A stretch of 64,000 nucleotides of DNA from a virus (IMGVR_UViG_3300042554_000410:1-64000), one strand, 5' to 3'; shown: positions 21,035 through 31,410, counted from the first letter of the stretch. Numbers and translations are program-made. Notes: generated from the letters alone by a model not told the origin.

Positions 21035-22266
21035 TTTGACCAGTTCTTAGTAGCATTGAAGTTAGCTTGTGAAAATTCTAATCTATCGATTAACTTGACG
21101 GCTTTACCTATTCGGTCAATAGCAACAAAACCTTCTGGCGATGTAACTTTTAATCCAGTCGAATCAATTCGAAGATAAGTGCCTAGAGAATCGCGGACTG
21201 TCTGGAGTTTCTTGACAATCATGTTCTTTGCTTTTGTTAGCAAGTTTTGCAAATCAAATATCTTCTTCAATTCATTCTTGTTGCTTGTATAGAAACGCAT
21301 CACGATATTTTTTTCTTGCTGTCTCTTGGTCTTTGTATCAGCCTTTTTTGCATCGGTAATGTTCTTGTTTAACTTTCTTTCGACCTCAAGAATGAGTCCT
21401 TGAACGTGAGCAGCAGTATTAGTAATCTCTTGACCTTCACGAACTTTGGAATTATTCCATGCTTTGATTTGAGTTTTATATCCTTCGTTCGTAGCAATCT
21501 CATTTAGTGTCCTTGCTGAGATTGTTCTGAACAGTGTGCCTGCTTGTGATAGAAGGCCATTTAGTTCAGCCGTTTCTGATGCAGTAAACGTGGCTGTACC
21601 AGATGCATCAACAAAAGATGCATCGCGGAACCAGACATTCTTTGACTGTCTAAGATTTCCAATGTCAGCACCAAACGATGCCTTCATATTTTCCATACTA
21701 TCTCCAGAATAAGTCGTATGCCATACTATGCCTATTTTAGCAGATTTTATCTGTTTTGCAAGTGAAGAATCTGCTGGTACAGTATATACGATTGTGTTCG
21801 GCTGAAAAGTGATATAATCTTTTCCATCAATCTTTTCTGACTTCAAGTCTTCTTTGGTAAACATCATATCGCCTTGCAATATACCATCAATGCCGAGTTC
21901 AGGAAGATATTGTAAAGCGATCTTTAGTTTCCTGTTTAGGCCTTCGCCAGGATGATTATTGTCAATGTCATTGTTCGTATAGTTCAACTTTGCATTCTTT
22001 GCGAACACGCCTTTGGTGCCCACAAAGAATTTTCCATTCTCTGGATTAATACCAGCAAATATGGCTGGTGCACCATCCCACTTAGTTGTGAGATTTAGAG
22101 TTTTACCAGTAGCATGACCAGAAAGCATATCACGAAGAGACTGTAAAAAGGATATTGCACCTCTTGTGCCAGAAACTCCTCCATTGAGTACCTCGTCCTC
22201 TAGGTGTTCTAAGTGAAGGTTCTTACCTTCTTTTGCTTCTGTTAAGTAATTTTGATAGTTTAACAT
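21031..22266 (-). CDS. ligase-superfamily nucleotidyltransferase-like protein (DUF6267-like)
   Basis: TTKWDG (KxDG), QGDMMF, PEGFVA, AVKL in ligase motif order; CTS-like start MLNYQNYLTE. Confidence 0.65.
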   Translation of the reverse strand: MLNYQNYLTEAKEGKNLHLEHLEDEVLNGGVSGTRGAISFLQSLRDMLSGHATGKTLNLTTKWDGAPAIFAGINPENGKFFVGTKGVFAKNAKLNYTNNDIDNNHPGEGLNRKLKIALQYLPELGIDGILQGDMMFTKEDLKSEKIDGKDYITFQPNTIVYTVPADSSLAKQIKSAKIGIVWHTTYSGDSMENMKASFGADIGNLRQSKNVWFRDASFVDASGTATFTASETAELNGLLSQAGTLFRTISARTLNEIATNEGYKTQIKAWNNSKVREGQEITNTAAHVQGLILEVERKLNKNITDAKKADTKTKRQQEKNIVMRFYTSNKNELKKIFDLQNLLTKAKNMIVKKLQTVRDSLGTYLRIDSTGLKVTSPEGFVAIDRIGKAVKLIDRLEFSQANFNATKNWSK

Positions 22267-22275
22267 TTTTAATCC

Positions 22276-23583
22276 TTAAGGCAATCTAAGTTCGTAGTTA
22301 ACCATGCCTTGCTTGGCATCAATATCATCTATGGCAGATTTTGATCCTATGATCTGAATGGTCGCTGAAGCTGAAGGTACCATTCTATATTTTACTTTAC
22401 CTTTTTTCCATTCTGCAATATCTAAGTTTGCCTGCCAAAAGTTTTTACCTGCTAATATTTCAACCATAGCAGCAACAGATTTGGGATCTGAGTTTAATCT
22501 ATCTGCCATCGATCTTGAGAAGAATGCTGTCATTGAATATGGAAGTTTATCAACAATCTTTTTATCTGCTGATTTTTTAATTATATCTAAAACTTGTTTT
22601 GCTTCAGGTGTTAACTTTTTAGGATTCTTACCATAAGTTTTTACATTTGTATATATTGCATATGGATCTTTAACCGTTGCTCTTGAAAGTCTCAATACTT
22701 TTCTGATACCATATTCATATACGACTTCTTTTGATCCTTGTTTCGATGTAAGAGCGGCAGAAGAGACGCCTGCTTTTCTGGCCGAATCAATAACATCATT
22801 TATGACGCTTCCAGAAGGCACGTTAGAATCCATTGCCTTGTTCAGAAGATTCGAAAAGAATGAAGCTTTAGCACCAACACCATACTTTGAGCTAATTGGA
22901 ACAACAGTGCCGTTGCTCATAACAAGAAAACTATCTACACCAGAGAACGAAGGATCAGTAGGAACACAGAACATATCAACTGTACCTTTGTAGAACTTTG
23001 TAGAAAAAGGTTGTGTGTTATTCTTAAGTGCAAGTAGTCCTATGATTACTTCACCAACATATTTACCCAACTCATTAATATCTGAGTCTGGTATTTGTTT
23101 TTGCCAAATGAGTGTTTCATAGTTGCTCTTTGCAAAGCTCTCAAAAACTTCTATAATACTTTCAGATACTTTAGAATTTGATTTAAGACCTTTAAGTATA
23201 GAGTTCATCAAAGATGTATGATTACTGAACGTCATACAATCAACTTTTTTACCACCAAACGCAACTTGCTTCTTTGTTCCATATTTTGTCAAAGTCTCGG
23301 CTCTTACACCTAGATTTTCTGTAGCACCTTTCTTAAGAATTGGTTTGCCGATATATTTCTCTGAAACGAAACCTTCTACTTCTTTTCCTTTTTTCACATA
23401 TTTAATTTGATACTTGGGAGAGAAGGCTGGCATCTTGACAACTGTGATAGGTGAACCATCTTCTAAAGTGTCAATGAATGCGTTTTCACCGTCAGTAACT
23501 TTAGCTGGTCCTTTAACTATTGCAGTTTGAACATCTTCTTTAGAGAAGTATTTTTGCCATTTTTGTGCGCCAGTGCTAGCCAT
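22276..23583 (-). CDS. hypothetical protein, possible PD-(D/E)xK nuclease fold
   Basis: GE...P...GVDSFL...ISSK pattern. Confidence 0.6.
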   Translation of the reverse strand: MASTGAQKWQKYFSKEDVQTAIVKGPAKVTDGENAFIDTLEDGSPITVVKMPAFSPKYQIKYVKKGKEVEGFVSEKYIGKPILKKGATENLGVRAETLTKYGTKKQVAFGGKKVDCMTFSNHTSLMNSILKGLKSNSKVSESIIEVFESFAKSNYETLIWQKQIPDSDINELGKYVGEVIIGLLALKNNTQPFSTKFYKGTVDMFCVPTDPSFSGVDSFLVMSNGTVVPISSKYGVGAKASFFSNLLNKAMDSNVPSGSVINDVIDSARKAGVSSAALTSKQGSKEVVYEYGIRKVLRLSRATVKDPYAIYTNVKTYGKNPKKLTPEAKQVLDIIKKSADKKIVDKLPYSMTAFFSRSMADRLNSDPKSVAAMVEILAGKNFWQANLDIAEWKKGKVKYRMVPSASATIQIIGSKSAIDDIDAKQGMVNYELRLP

Positions 23584-23612
23584 TTTTTAGTTCCAAAATT
23601 TGGTTTTATTCT

Positions 23613-23807
23613 TTATTTATCTTCTTTTTCCTCAAACTCTTTCCACTTGTCCAATGGGCAGGAAACGAAGGGTAGCAAAGTCTTGTAGTCCATAAAGCAT
23701 CCACATTCAGCACATTGAGAATTTCTAGGATTGAATCTATCACATCCTCTACAAACAGACAGTCTTTCTTCTGAGATTTTAAATCTGTTCTTAAAAAAGT
23801 TCTTCAT
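23613..23807 (-). CDS. small Cys-rich protein (DUF6171-like)
   Basis: RL.VC..C...C.ECGCF...K.....CPL.KW. Confidence 0.7.
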   Translation of the reverse strand: MKNFFKNRFKISEERLSVCRGCDRFNPRNSQCAECGCFMDYKTLLPFVSCPLDKWKEFEEKEDK

Positions 23808-23839
23808 AACAAGTCTCCAAAAATTGATTATATATAACT

Positions 23840-25138
23840 ATGTATATCATCATGGAGTACATAATGTCTGATAAAATCTTTGTGCAAATTGCTGCCTATC
23901 GTGATCCAGAACTTCTTCCAACAATCCGAGATTGTATTAAACGGGCTGATAATCCAGAAGACCTTGTGTTTGCCATTGCTTGGCAACGGGCTAAGGAAGA
24001 TACCTGGGACACTTTGGAAGAATATAAAAACGATTCACGATTTAAGATCATCGAAATTGATTATAAAGAAGCACAAGGTACCTGTTGGGCTAGACATCTT
24101 TTAAATGAAGCGTATGACGGCGAAAAATATACGTTGCAGTTAGACAGTCATCATAGATTTGTTCGTGGATGGGATACCAAGTGTAAGAAGATGATGTTAG
24201 ATTTGATAGAAGAAGGATACTCAAAGCCTCTTCTCACAGCATATGTTCCTTCGTATGATCCAGACAATGATCCTGCCTCGAGAGCAAAGGAAGTTTGGAA
24301 ACTTACTTTTGATAGATTTACACCAGAAGGTGTGGTGTTTATGCTTCCTACTGGAGTAGATGACATTGACATTTACAAGTTACCTATTCCTACTAGATTC
24401 TTTTCTGCTCATTTTATGTTCACTTTTGGACAATTTATCAAAGATGTGCCTTACGATCCAAATTTATACTTTCACGGTGAAGAGATTACGATGGCAGTTC
24501 GTGCTTATACGCACGGATACGATCTGTTTATTCCCAATGAGATTATTTGTTGGCACGAATATACTAGAAAAAAGCGTGTTCGCCACTGGGATGAAAAAGA
24601 TAATGGATGGGAAAAAAGAAATGATGCTTCTCTAAAGAGATCAAAACAACTTCTACAAGTTGATGGCGATAAAGCAAACTATGATTTTGGTATATATGGT
24701 TTTGGCACAGAAAGAACGAAACAAGATTATGAAGAATATGCTGGAATAAGATTTGAAGATAGAGCAGTGCAGCAATATACTCTAGAACATTATGATCCAC
24801 CAAATCCTATCTACAGAAACGAGATTGCTCGTCAAAAGTCTTATAAAAACATTTTCAAACATTGTCTAGATGTATGGAAAGAATCAATTACAGAAACAGA
24901 CTGTGATTTTTGGGTTGTTGCATTTAAAGACGAAAAAGATAACGACATGTATAGAGAAGACGCTAACAAATACGAAATTGAAAATATTGTTAATAATCCA
25001 GAAACTCTTGATGGCGACTTCTACAATATTTGGAGACAGTTTGACACAAAAAAGAGACCGCACAAATGGATTGTATGGCCTCATAGTGCGAGTAAAGGAT
25101 GGTTAGATCCTATAGAAAATACTATTCCTGATATTTAA
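23840..25138 (+). CDS. GT60-like (Skp1 hydroxyproline GlcNAc-transferase-like) glycosyltransferase
   Basis: IFVQIAAYRDPE, GTCWAR, QLDSHHRF..GWD, VPYDP..YFHGEEI...RAYTHGYD. Confidence 0.85.
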   Translation: MYIIMEYIMSDKIFVQIAAYRDPELLPTIRDCIKRADNPEDLVFAIAWQRAKEDTWDTLEEYKNDSRFKIIEIDYKEAQGTCWARHLLNEAYDGEKYTLQLDSHHRFVRGWDTKCKKMMLDLIEEGYSKPLLTAYVPSYDPDNDPASRAKEVWKLTFDRFTPEGVVFMLPTGVDDIDIYKLPIPTRFFSAHFMFTFGQFIKDVPYDPNLYFHGEEITMAVRAYTHGYDLFIPNEIICWHEYTRKKRVRHWDEKDNGWEKRNDASLKRSKQLLQVDGDKANYDFGIYGFGTERTKQDYEEYAGIRFEDRAVQQYTLEHYDPPNPIYRNEIARQKSYKNIFKHCLDVWKESITETDCDFWVVAFKDEKDNDMYREDANKYEIENIVNNPETLDGDFYNIWRQFDTKKRPHKWIVWPHSASKGWLDPIENTIPDI

Positions 25139-25578
25139 GACTTCATACCAGCAGTAGCACGAAGCATCCAACCGTGCTTCTTGTGAATGTCCATACGGTC
25201 TTGCAGAAAGTTGGCCAAACCTAGTTCGCCTTCTTTATCTGCAAGATCGTATGCTTGTTTGAGTGCATCAAGGATGATATTATTATCATTGATTAGAATC
25301 TGAAACATTCTTTCTGCTGTCGGAATGGTATCAGATTCCTCAATTCTTGTAAGTTCCTTGATTCTGTCTAATGAACTGGGAGCGAAAGAGTTCACAGCGC
25401 GGATCTGTTCTGCAATCGTGTCCACTGCACCATGCAATTCTTCGTATAGATTGCCAAAGAAAGCATGATACTCAGAAAAATTTGGACCAATTACGTTCCA
25501 GTGAAAAGAGTGCGTCTTTAGATACATAGTGAATGTATCGGCCAAAACAATCTTTAATACGTTATGAAGTTCTTCCAT
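25135..25578 (-). CDS. dps: Dps ferritin-like protein
   Basis: KTHSFHWNVIG..F...H, DTIAEQIR, HKKHGWML. Confidence 0.93.
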   Translation of the reverse strand: MEELHNVLKIVLADTFTMYLKTHSFHWNVIGPNFSEYHAFFGNLYEELHGAVDTIAEQIRAVNSFAPSSLDRIKELTRIEESDTIPTAERMFQILINDNNIILDALKQAYDLADKEGELGLANFLQDRMDIHKKHGWMLRATAGMKS

Positions 25579-25609
25579 TTTATTCTCCCATAAGTGATAC
25601 GATTATTTA

Positions 25610-25951
25610 TTAACCTACCACCTTAATCTCCACTTTACAAACGCCATGACAACCTATTGCGCGGGCTGCGGCTCTTGATAGATCAATCGTACGGCCCTTA
25701 ATAAACGGACCGCGGTCATTGATTCTAACGATAACAGATTTACCTTTATATGTGACACGAACTTTTGTGCCGAACGGTAATGTTCTATGTGCTGCTGTCA
25801 GTGCATTAGGATTAAACTTCTCGCCATTGGCGGTTCTTTTACTCTTACTGCACTGTCCAGGTGTTGCACAGTCATACCATGAAGCAATATTTGCTTCGAC
25901 TGGACTGATGAATAACATCAATCCAGCCAATAAAGTTACTAATGATTTCAT
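25610..25951 (-). CDS. rlpA: RlpA-like double-psi beta-barrel protein (lytic transglycosylase family)
   Basis: Signal peptide; [28 protein letters not shown]...IDLS. Confidence 0.9.
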   Translation of the reverse strand: MKSLVTLLAGLMLFISPVEANIASWYDCATPGQCSKSKRTANGEKFNPNALTAAHRTLPFGTKVRVTYKGKSVIVRINDRGPFIKGRTIDLSRAAARAIGCHGVCKVEIKVVG

Positions 25952-25961
25952 ATATGGTTCC

Positions 25962-26630
25962 TTATCCTATTTTGAACGTGATCTTGGAATTATCCTTAAT
26001 CACGAAAGGCTTGAGTGCCTCCTTTTCTAAGACAACCATACTGTTATAGAACGAAACGGAGTACAGATTGTGAAATGTCTTTAGCACAGTTTCATCAATC
26101 TTGTTTTGAAAATGCTGTTGATTCACAACGTCAGTTATAGTCTGTGAGTAAGAAAGAAAAGACGAATCTTTTCTAAACTCTCCACCCCATTTTGGCCAGT
26201 AACTCGTATGTGTGTCTTCGCAAATATAAACTCCGCCCTCCCGTAAATGCGGAAATGTTTGTTGAAGTGTAATGATTTGATGGTGCATGACATGGCTACC
26301 ATCATCAATGATGATATCAAAGTCGTTGTGTTCTGACATTAAACTTTCCCAGAACTCAATCGAACCTTGATCTCCCATAACAACTGTCGCATCACCATCA
26401 TATTTGTATTGTAGACATCTTGGATCAATGTCTACGCCTATGACTTTAGTTCCTTCTCCGAAGTATTTAAGCCATAATTCTATTGAACCGCCGCCAAGAA
26501 CACCAATCTCCAAAATCTTTGGTGCTTTGCCTACAAACTTGCCAAGATGCTTTTCATATACATCAAAGTATCCAGACCATTTTGTAGATGGCTTTTCGGT
26601 TTCATCAAAAAGTTTTTCAATCGTATTCAT
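25962..26630 (-). CDS. class I SAM-dependent methyltransferase
   Basis: [28 protein letters not shown]. Confidence 0.85.
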   Translation of the reverse strand: MNTIEKLFDETEKPSTKWSGYFDVYEKHLGKFVGKAPKILEIGVLGGGSIELWLKYFGEGTKVIGVDIDPRCLQYKYDGDATVVMGDQGSIEFWESLMSEHNDFDIIIDDGSHVMHHQIITLQQTFPHLREGGVYICEDTHTSYWPKWGGEFRKDSSFLSYSQTITDVVNQQHFQNKIDETVLKTFHNLYSVSFYNSMVVLEKEALKPFVIKDNSKITFKIG

Positions 26631-27825
26631 TATTTAGTCCCTCGCAATATACAAATGGGAAATATCTTAGAAACATGTCCTTGTTATCAGGTCTGAGTGT
26701 TTTAATCTTCTTGTGTATTTCATCATAAAAATTCCATGCAAGAGGAACAAATGCAACGTCTTGCTTTTCATTCTGTAAGACTTCTGAACCATATACAGGA
26801 ACATGCATACCTGGTGTGTAGAGTCCCTGCTTCATAGGATTATCATCAACGATATAGTCAAGTTCAATCTTGGAAGCATTTAGCAGAGTATTACCTTTTG
26901 CTGGTGCACCATAGCCGATAACCTTCATTGTCTTACGAAGGGCCTCGACATGAGAAGCAAACTCATTAATGACTTCCTTGCTGTTCTCGACATACTCTTT
27001 GTAGACATGTTCATCATACAGACCTTTAAGTTTTTCTTCTTCCATAAGAAGTTGAATGTAAGAAGGTCTTGCTTTAGTTTTTGAGATGATAAAGATATAA
27101 CTTGTGCCATGAATTGGATGTCTTACAACATCAATCAAGTTCAACTTTGCCCTCTTACACAGTTCATTCATTGAGCGAATGTTATAGAAAGAAAGATGTT
27201 CGTGATATATTGTGTCAAACTCCATATTCACAATCATATCGGCCTGAGAAACTGTGATGTAGATATAACCATCGTCAGACACAACATTACTCATATTCTC
27301 TAGGAACTCTAGTTGATTATAGTTATGAGCAAAAGCATTCTGACAGATTACAGCACCAAAACCAGTTTTTGAATAATTCTTATCGAAATAACCACAATGA
27401 ACATGATGATTGCGCGAACTAATTACATGAAGATTGGTTGCAGGATCAACGCCGAAAGTCAGTGCACCATATCTTTTGAATGCATCAAGTTGTGAACCAT
27501 CATTACAGCCAATATCTAATACTCGTTCAGCTTTATGATTTTCCATAACAAACTTTGCAAACCAATCAAAGTAATCCAACTGTGTCTTTGCGGTACCAGA
27601 CACATACAGATAGTTCTTGAACAGCAAGTCAGGATTGACCTTGTGTGTCAACTGTACATGATAACAATCCTTACAATAGTTTGTTGCAAGAGGAAACTTG
27701 TCTTCTGAATCTTTCGGACTCTTTAGAAAAGAATTAGCAAGTGGTTGAACACCTAAGTCGAGTAAAGGTTTTAGATGTGTGCCACCACAAGCAATACACT
27801 CTTTGATTTCTACACAGTTTTCCAT
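26617..27825 (-). CDS. NDP-sugar C-methyltransferase
   Basis: CIACG...LG.QPLAN zinc domain, LDIGCNDG, FDTIYHEH, GYGAPAKGNT. Confidence 0.9.
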   Translation of the reverse strand: MENCVEIKECIACGGTHLKPLLDLGVQPLANSFLKSPKDSEDKFPLATNYCKDCYHVQLTHKVNPDLLFKNYLYVSGTAKTQLDYFDWFAKFVMENHKAERVLDIGCNDGSQLDAFKRYGALTFGVDPATNLHVISSRNHHVHCGYFDKNYSKTGFGAVICQNAFAHNYNQLEFLENMSNVVSDDGYIYITVSQADMIVNMEFDTIYHEHLSFYNIRSMNELCKRAKLNLIDVVRHPIHGTSYIFIISKTKARPSYIQLLMEEEKLKGLYDEHVYKEYVENSKEVINEFASHVEALRKTMKVIGYGAPAKGNTLLNASKIELDYIVDDNPMKQGLYTPGMHVPVYGSEVLQNEKQDVAFVPLAWNFYDEIHKKIKTLRPDNKDMFLRYFPFVYCEGLNNEYD

Positions 27826-27826
27826 C

Positions 27827-28852
27827 TTACATTCCTAACCATTTGGTGTTATTTACATACCAATCAGATACCTCTTTAATTCTATCACTAAGAGCCACGC
27901 GAGGTTCCCAGCCGAGAGAACGCATAAGATCACCGGATAAAGCATAACGTAAGTCATGCCCTGGTCTGGATGTATGGAAGTCAACCATTTCATATTTTAG
28001 TTCCTTACCTTGAGCAGACGCAATCATCTTAGCTAGAGACAGATTGTCCACTTCTTCTTTGCCAACGATATTAAACTTGCGACACTTTGCCATGCCATAA
28101 TCAGGTTCAAGTTGTGGATTGTTCTGCAAAAGGAACAGCAGAGCATCAGCCACATCACGCGCATGTACGTAGAAGCGCGAACCAGCCTTTGTCTTTGTTG
28201 CATCAGCATGGATTGTTACAGTCTCATCATGCAAGACCTTCTTGATGCAAAGTGGAATAAACTTTTCGGGTGTTTGACGTTCACCAAACACATTCATTGT
28301 GTGAGTGATCATCATGGGCATCTTGTATGTGTTTTCATACGCAACACACAGTTCTTCTGCTCCAGCCTTCGATGCGGAGTATGGATTGGTCGAGTTATAT
28401 CGATCACGTTCCTTGTAAGCGACACCAGGAGGTGCAACACCAAAGATTTCATCGGTGCTGAAATACAGAAACATTTCTAGATGATCCAACTTGCGGGCAT
28501 ACTCTAGCAGATTGGCCGTGCCCATGATGTTGTCTGTGATAAACTCAAGAGGATGTGTGATAGACCTATCTACGTGTGATGCTGCGGCTAAGTGAAGAAT
28601 GATATCTACCTTGCCAATAAAGTTTTGCACAAGAGGATTCAGTTCAGCCTTCAAATCATGAAAGACTGTTCTAACTCGCTTTTGTGTTTCGTAGGGATAT
28701 GGATCAATAACTTCGTGTAGACGATTAAGATTTCCAGAATAGTCAAGACGATCCAGTGTAATGATATTCCAATCTGTCTTTTGCAGAAACAAGTCCACAA
28801 CATGATGTGCAATAAAGCCTGCACCGCCTGTAATTAATACCGTTTTACTCAT
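27827..28852 (-). CDS. dTDP-glucose 4,6-dehydratase-like SDR
   Basis: TGGAGFIA, HLAAASHVDRS, STDE, YSASK, RPGHDLRY. Confidence 0.9.
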   Translation of the reverse strand: MSKTVLITGGAGFIAHHVVDLFLQKTDWNIITLDRLDYSGNLNRLHEVIDPYPYETQKRVRTVFHDLKAELNPLVQNFIGKVDIILHLAAASHVDRSITHPLEFITDNIMGTANLLEYARKLDHLEMFLYFSTDEIFGVAPPGVAYKERDRYNSTNPYSASKAGAEELCVAYENTYKMPMMITHTMNVFGERQTPEKFIPLCIKKVLHDETVTIHADATKTKAGSRFYVHARDVADALLFLLQNNPQLEPDYGMAKCRKFNIVGKEEVDNLSLAKMIASAQGKELKYEMVDFHTSRPGHDLRYALSGDLMRSLGWEPRVALSDRIKEVSDWYVNNTKWLGM

Positions 28853-29534
28853 CAATGTAATCTCCACTTGGTGCTATATTACCACATACACCAATTTTGT
28901 CAAGTTCAATCGTCTTATATGTATGCAAGTTTTTATAGTAAGAATGCTCAACATCTATTCCATATGTTGCACAATCTTGAAGTATCTTTGAAAGATTTAA
29001 TTGAAATGTATCTAGAAGATTGTAGTCCATGTGCCAACAGCGAAGACGGAATAGTTTATGCGCTCCAATACTATCTTGTCTATGCTTTGGCATCCATGAA
29101 TCAAGAGCGGTCGCAAATACAAACGCATCCTTGAAGTCTTCTCTATCAACAATGAAGTTGTCGTTCAGTCTGTAACGACCAGAGAGTTTATAGATGCGTT
29201 TTGATTTGAAGTCTTGCTTTTGAAACCAATTGAGGAAATACAGAAACGTGATGCATTCTGCGATGCTTCGCTGGCCCAACTGAGAAAATCTCTTAACGTC
29301 TGGCTCGTCACCAGTATAAAAGATAATTACGCCTCTATTGCTAAGTTCCTGGAAGTATTCTACATTGGGACGTTCTGGAGAAGAATCGAAGATGAATACT
29401 TGATTATTTGGGCAATACTTGTTGATGGAATCAAGAGTTTCAACAGTCTGCTTGAAACGTTCTTCTTCATTATAGATAGAAAGTTGATTGACTTTCAGTG
29501 CATGATTAACAAAAAATATTCCATCATATATCAT
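28845..29534 (-). CDS. hypothetical glycan-related protein
   Basis: R..QT..T..SI...KLSGRY motif seen beside glycosylation genes. Confidence 0.65.
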   Translation of the reverse strand: MIYDGIFFVNHALKVNQLSIYNEEERFKQTVETLDSINKYCPNNQVFIFDSSPERPNVEYFQELSNRGVIIFYTGDEPDVKRFSQLGQRSIAECITFLYFLNWFQKQDFKSKRIYKLSGRYRLNDNFIVDREDFKDAFVFATALDSWMPKHRQDSIGAHKLFRLRCWHMDYNLLDTFQLNLSKILQDCATYGIDVEHSYYKNLHTYKTIELDKIGVCGNIAPSGDYIDE

Positions 29535-29551
29535 AGTTTGCTCACATAAAA

Positions 29552-29625
29552 TGGTGCCCCCACAGGGAATCGAACCCCAAACCGCGGATTACAAAGCCGC
29601 TGTTATACCATTTAACTATAAGGGC
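29552..29625 (-). tRNA. tRNA-Thr(TGT)
   Basis: Cloverleaf, loop TT-TGT-AA, TTCGATT, CCA. Confidence 0.92.
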
Positions 29626-29664
29626 TAATATCATATATATAGTCGTGTGTGAAAAGGATTTAAA

Positions 29665-30228
29665 ATGCCCACATTAGAACAATTTGAAACAAATTGCGTG
29701 TCAATAGAAAAATTACAAAAGATTTACTCCTTTACAGTTATGGTTGAAACAGGATGCTACATTGGAGAATCTTTAGAACATGCTTCATCTTATGATTTTA
29801 TACTGGAAATATATTCTTGTGATATAAATGAAGATTTCGTTGATGCGTGTAAGAAAAAATTTCAAAGCAAATCACATATAAAAATATTCAACGAAGATTC
29901 ACATTCTTTTCTTCATAGACTATTGCCTTCACTAGATCATCATGATAGCATTTTTTTCTGGCTAGACGCACACTATTGGAAATCTTATATTCCTGAGTAT
30001 AATAATATAGACTATCCTCTTGTGAAAGAACTAAACATCATTGATCAGTATAGAAAAGATAAAAATGATGTTATTGTCATTGACGATGTTTATACTTATA
30101 TTAAAAAATCAGAAAATTTTAAACATACACACAATATTCCAAAAACAGGCACTGAGTTTTTAAAGAAGTTTAACTATAGCATTACAAACTTTGATTCTGA
30201 TTCTGGCTATCTTTTACTTACAAGATAA
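29665..30228 (+). CDS. SAM-methyltransferase-like protein (AT-rich, opposite strand)
   Basis: VETG, FWLDAH, VIVIDD. Confidence 0.75.
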   Translation: MPTLEQFETNCVSIEKLQKIYSFTVMVETGCYIGESLEHASSYDFILEIYSCDINEDFVDACKKKFQSKSHIKIFNEDSHSFLHRLLPSLDHHDSIFFWLDAHYWKSYIPEYNNIDYPLVKELNIIDQYRKDKNDVIVIDDVYTYIKKSENFKHTHNIPKTGTEFLKKFNYSITNFDSDSGYLLLTR

Positions 30229-30235
30229 TTTATAT

Positions 30236-30817
30236 CTAAACTTTTTTAGACCTCTTTACATTATAAAGCTTTTCGTGTATCGATGAATAATCTCTCGGCA
30301 TATATAAAACATTCAACAAGCATCTTGTTGTTCCTATCGAACTACCCACAACGTGCCAGTGATTTGGTTTATTAGCAAATAGAAAAGCTGTATTTTTCTT
30401 CCACTCAACTTTTTTGACAAAATTTTTATTATCGTCGTATAATTCAGTGCCTGATCCTGTGTCAGATATAGGAATTAAACATGATAGTTGTTTATCGAAA
30501 CTATCAGTGTGTAAGTACATGCCATGTTTCTCGTAGTCGGTGCAATTGTTATAAGAGACATATTGTAATACGACACGACTTTCAATCATAGTTAGTTTTG
30601 GAATTTCTAGTTTATCACAAAATATAGAGTACAGATCAAAAAGATAACTATGAAAGTTTTTGTTGTTGCCTTCATAATTAATCAGCGATCTATGATTTTG
30701 TGTTTTTAAGTCTAGAATTTTATTTGCGGTATCTTCCGCTTCTTTAAACATATCATCGGGCAAAAAATTAGGAATACTATAATGTAACCAGGGATCAGTA
30801 TATCTTTGAAATTCCAT
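30236..30817 (-). CDS. 2OG-Fe(II) oxygenase
   Basis: HTD...HWH...R facial triad; start MEFQRY just after tRNA-Leu. Confidence 0.75.
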   Translation of the reverse strand: MEFQRYTDPWLHYSIPNFLPDDMFKEAEDTANKILDLKTQNHRSLINYEGNNKNFHSYLFDLYSIFCDKLEIPKLTMIESRVVLQYVSYNNCTDYEKHGMYLHTDSFDKQLSCLIPISDTGSGTELYDDNKNFVKKVEWKKNTAFLFANKPNHWHVVGSSIGTTRCLLNVLYMPRDYSSIHEKLYNVKRSKKV

Positions 30818-30834
30818 TATACTACCTATAAAAT

Positions 30835-30916
30835 TGGTGCGGATAGAGGGACTTGAACCCCCACGCCGAAGCACTAGTTCCTAAGACTAGCGTGTCTGCC
30901 ATTTCACCATATCCGC
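30835..30916 (-). tRNA. tRNA-Leu(TAG)
   Basis: CTAGT-CT-TAG-GA-ACTAG, variable arm, CCA. Confidence 0.95.
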
Positions 30917-30917
30917 G

Positions 30918-30989
30918 TAGCCGATGAGAGGGTCGAACTCCCGACATTCTGCGTGTAAAGCAGCTACTCTACCACTGAGTTAATCGGCT
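30918..30989 (-). tRNA. tRNA-Val(TAC), CCA not encoded
   Basis: CTGC-TT-TAC-AC-GCAG; abuts tRNA-Leu. Confidence 0.9.
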
Positions 30990-31036
30990 ATGAAGACTAG
31001 CCCGTACACCTTAGTGCAGAGGAGCTAGCCATATTT

Positions 31037-31210
31037 TTACATTCCTGATGTAAGAGCAGTAATGGAGTCGTGAACCCACAACCACCAAGCTGCTGCGGCT
31101 GCAACGATAGCAGCAGCACCCTTCTTTACATCCCAGCCGTTCTGCCATAGATTCCAAAGAACCCAAAGAACTGCCGCAACTAAAACTAAAACTACGATTG
31201 TGTTTAGCAT
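31037..31210 (-). CDS. small two-helix membrane protein (57 aa)
   Basis: MLNTIVVLVLVAAVLWVLW...AAAIVAAAAAWWLWV; GAGG SD; CTAAATA late-promoter-like site upstream. Confidence 0.65.
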   Translation of the reverse strand: MLNTIVVLVLVAAVLWVLWNLWQNGWDVKKGAAAIVAAAAAWWLWVHDSITALTSGM

Positions 31211-31256
31211 GTTATTACCTCATTAGGCCGTGATTGGCCTATCATTATTTAGAAAA

Positions 31257-31331
31257 TGGAGCGGGCAATGGGGATCGAACCCATGACCTTCTGCTTGGCA
31301 AGCAGACGCACTACCCCTGTGCTATACCCGC
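31257..31331 (-). tRNA. tRNA-Gly(GCC)
   Basis: TCTGC-TT-GCC-AA-GCAGA, U73, CCA. Confidence 0.95.
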
Positions 31332-31334
31332 GAT

Positions 31335-31410
31335 TGGTGCGTCTTCCAAGTTTCGAACTGGGTTGTTCGGCTTATGAGACCGATGAGATTGCCAACACCT
31401 CCCAAGACGC
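31335..31410 (-). tRNA. tRNA-Met(CAT), atypical D arm
   Basis: TCGGT-CT-CAT-AA-GCCGA, CCA. Confidence 0.85.
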
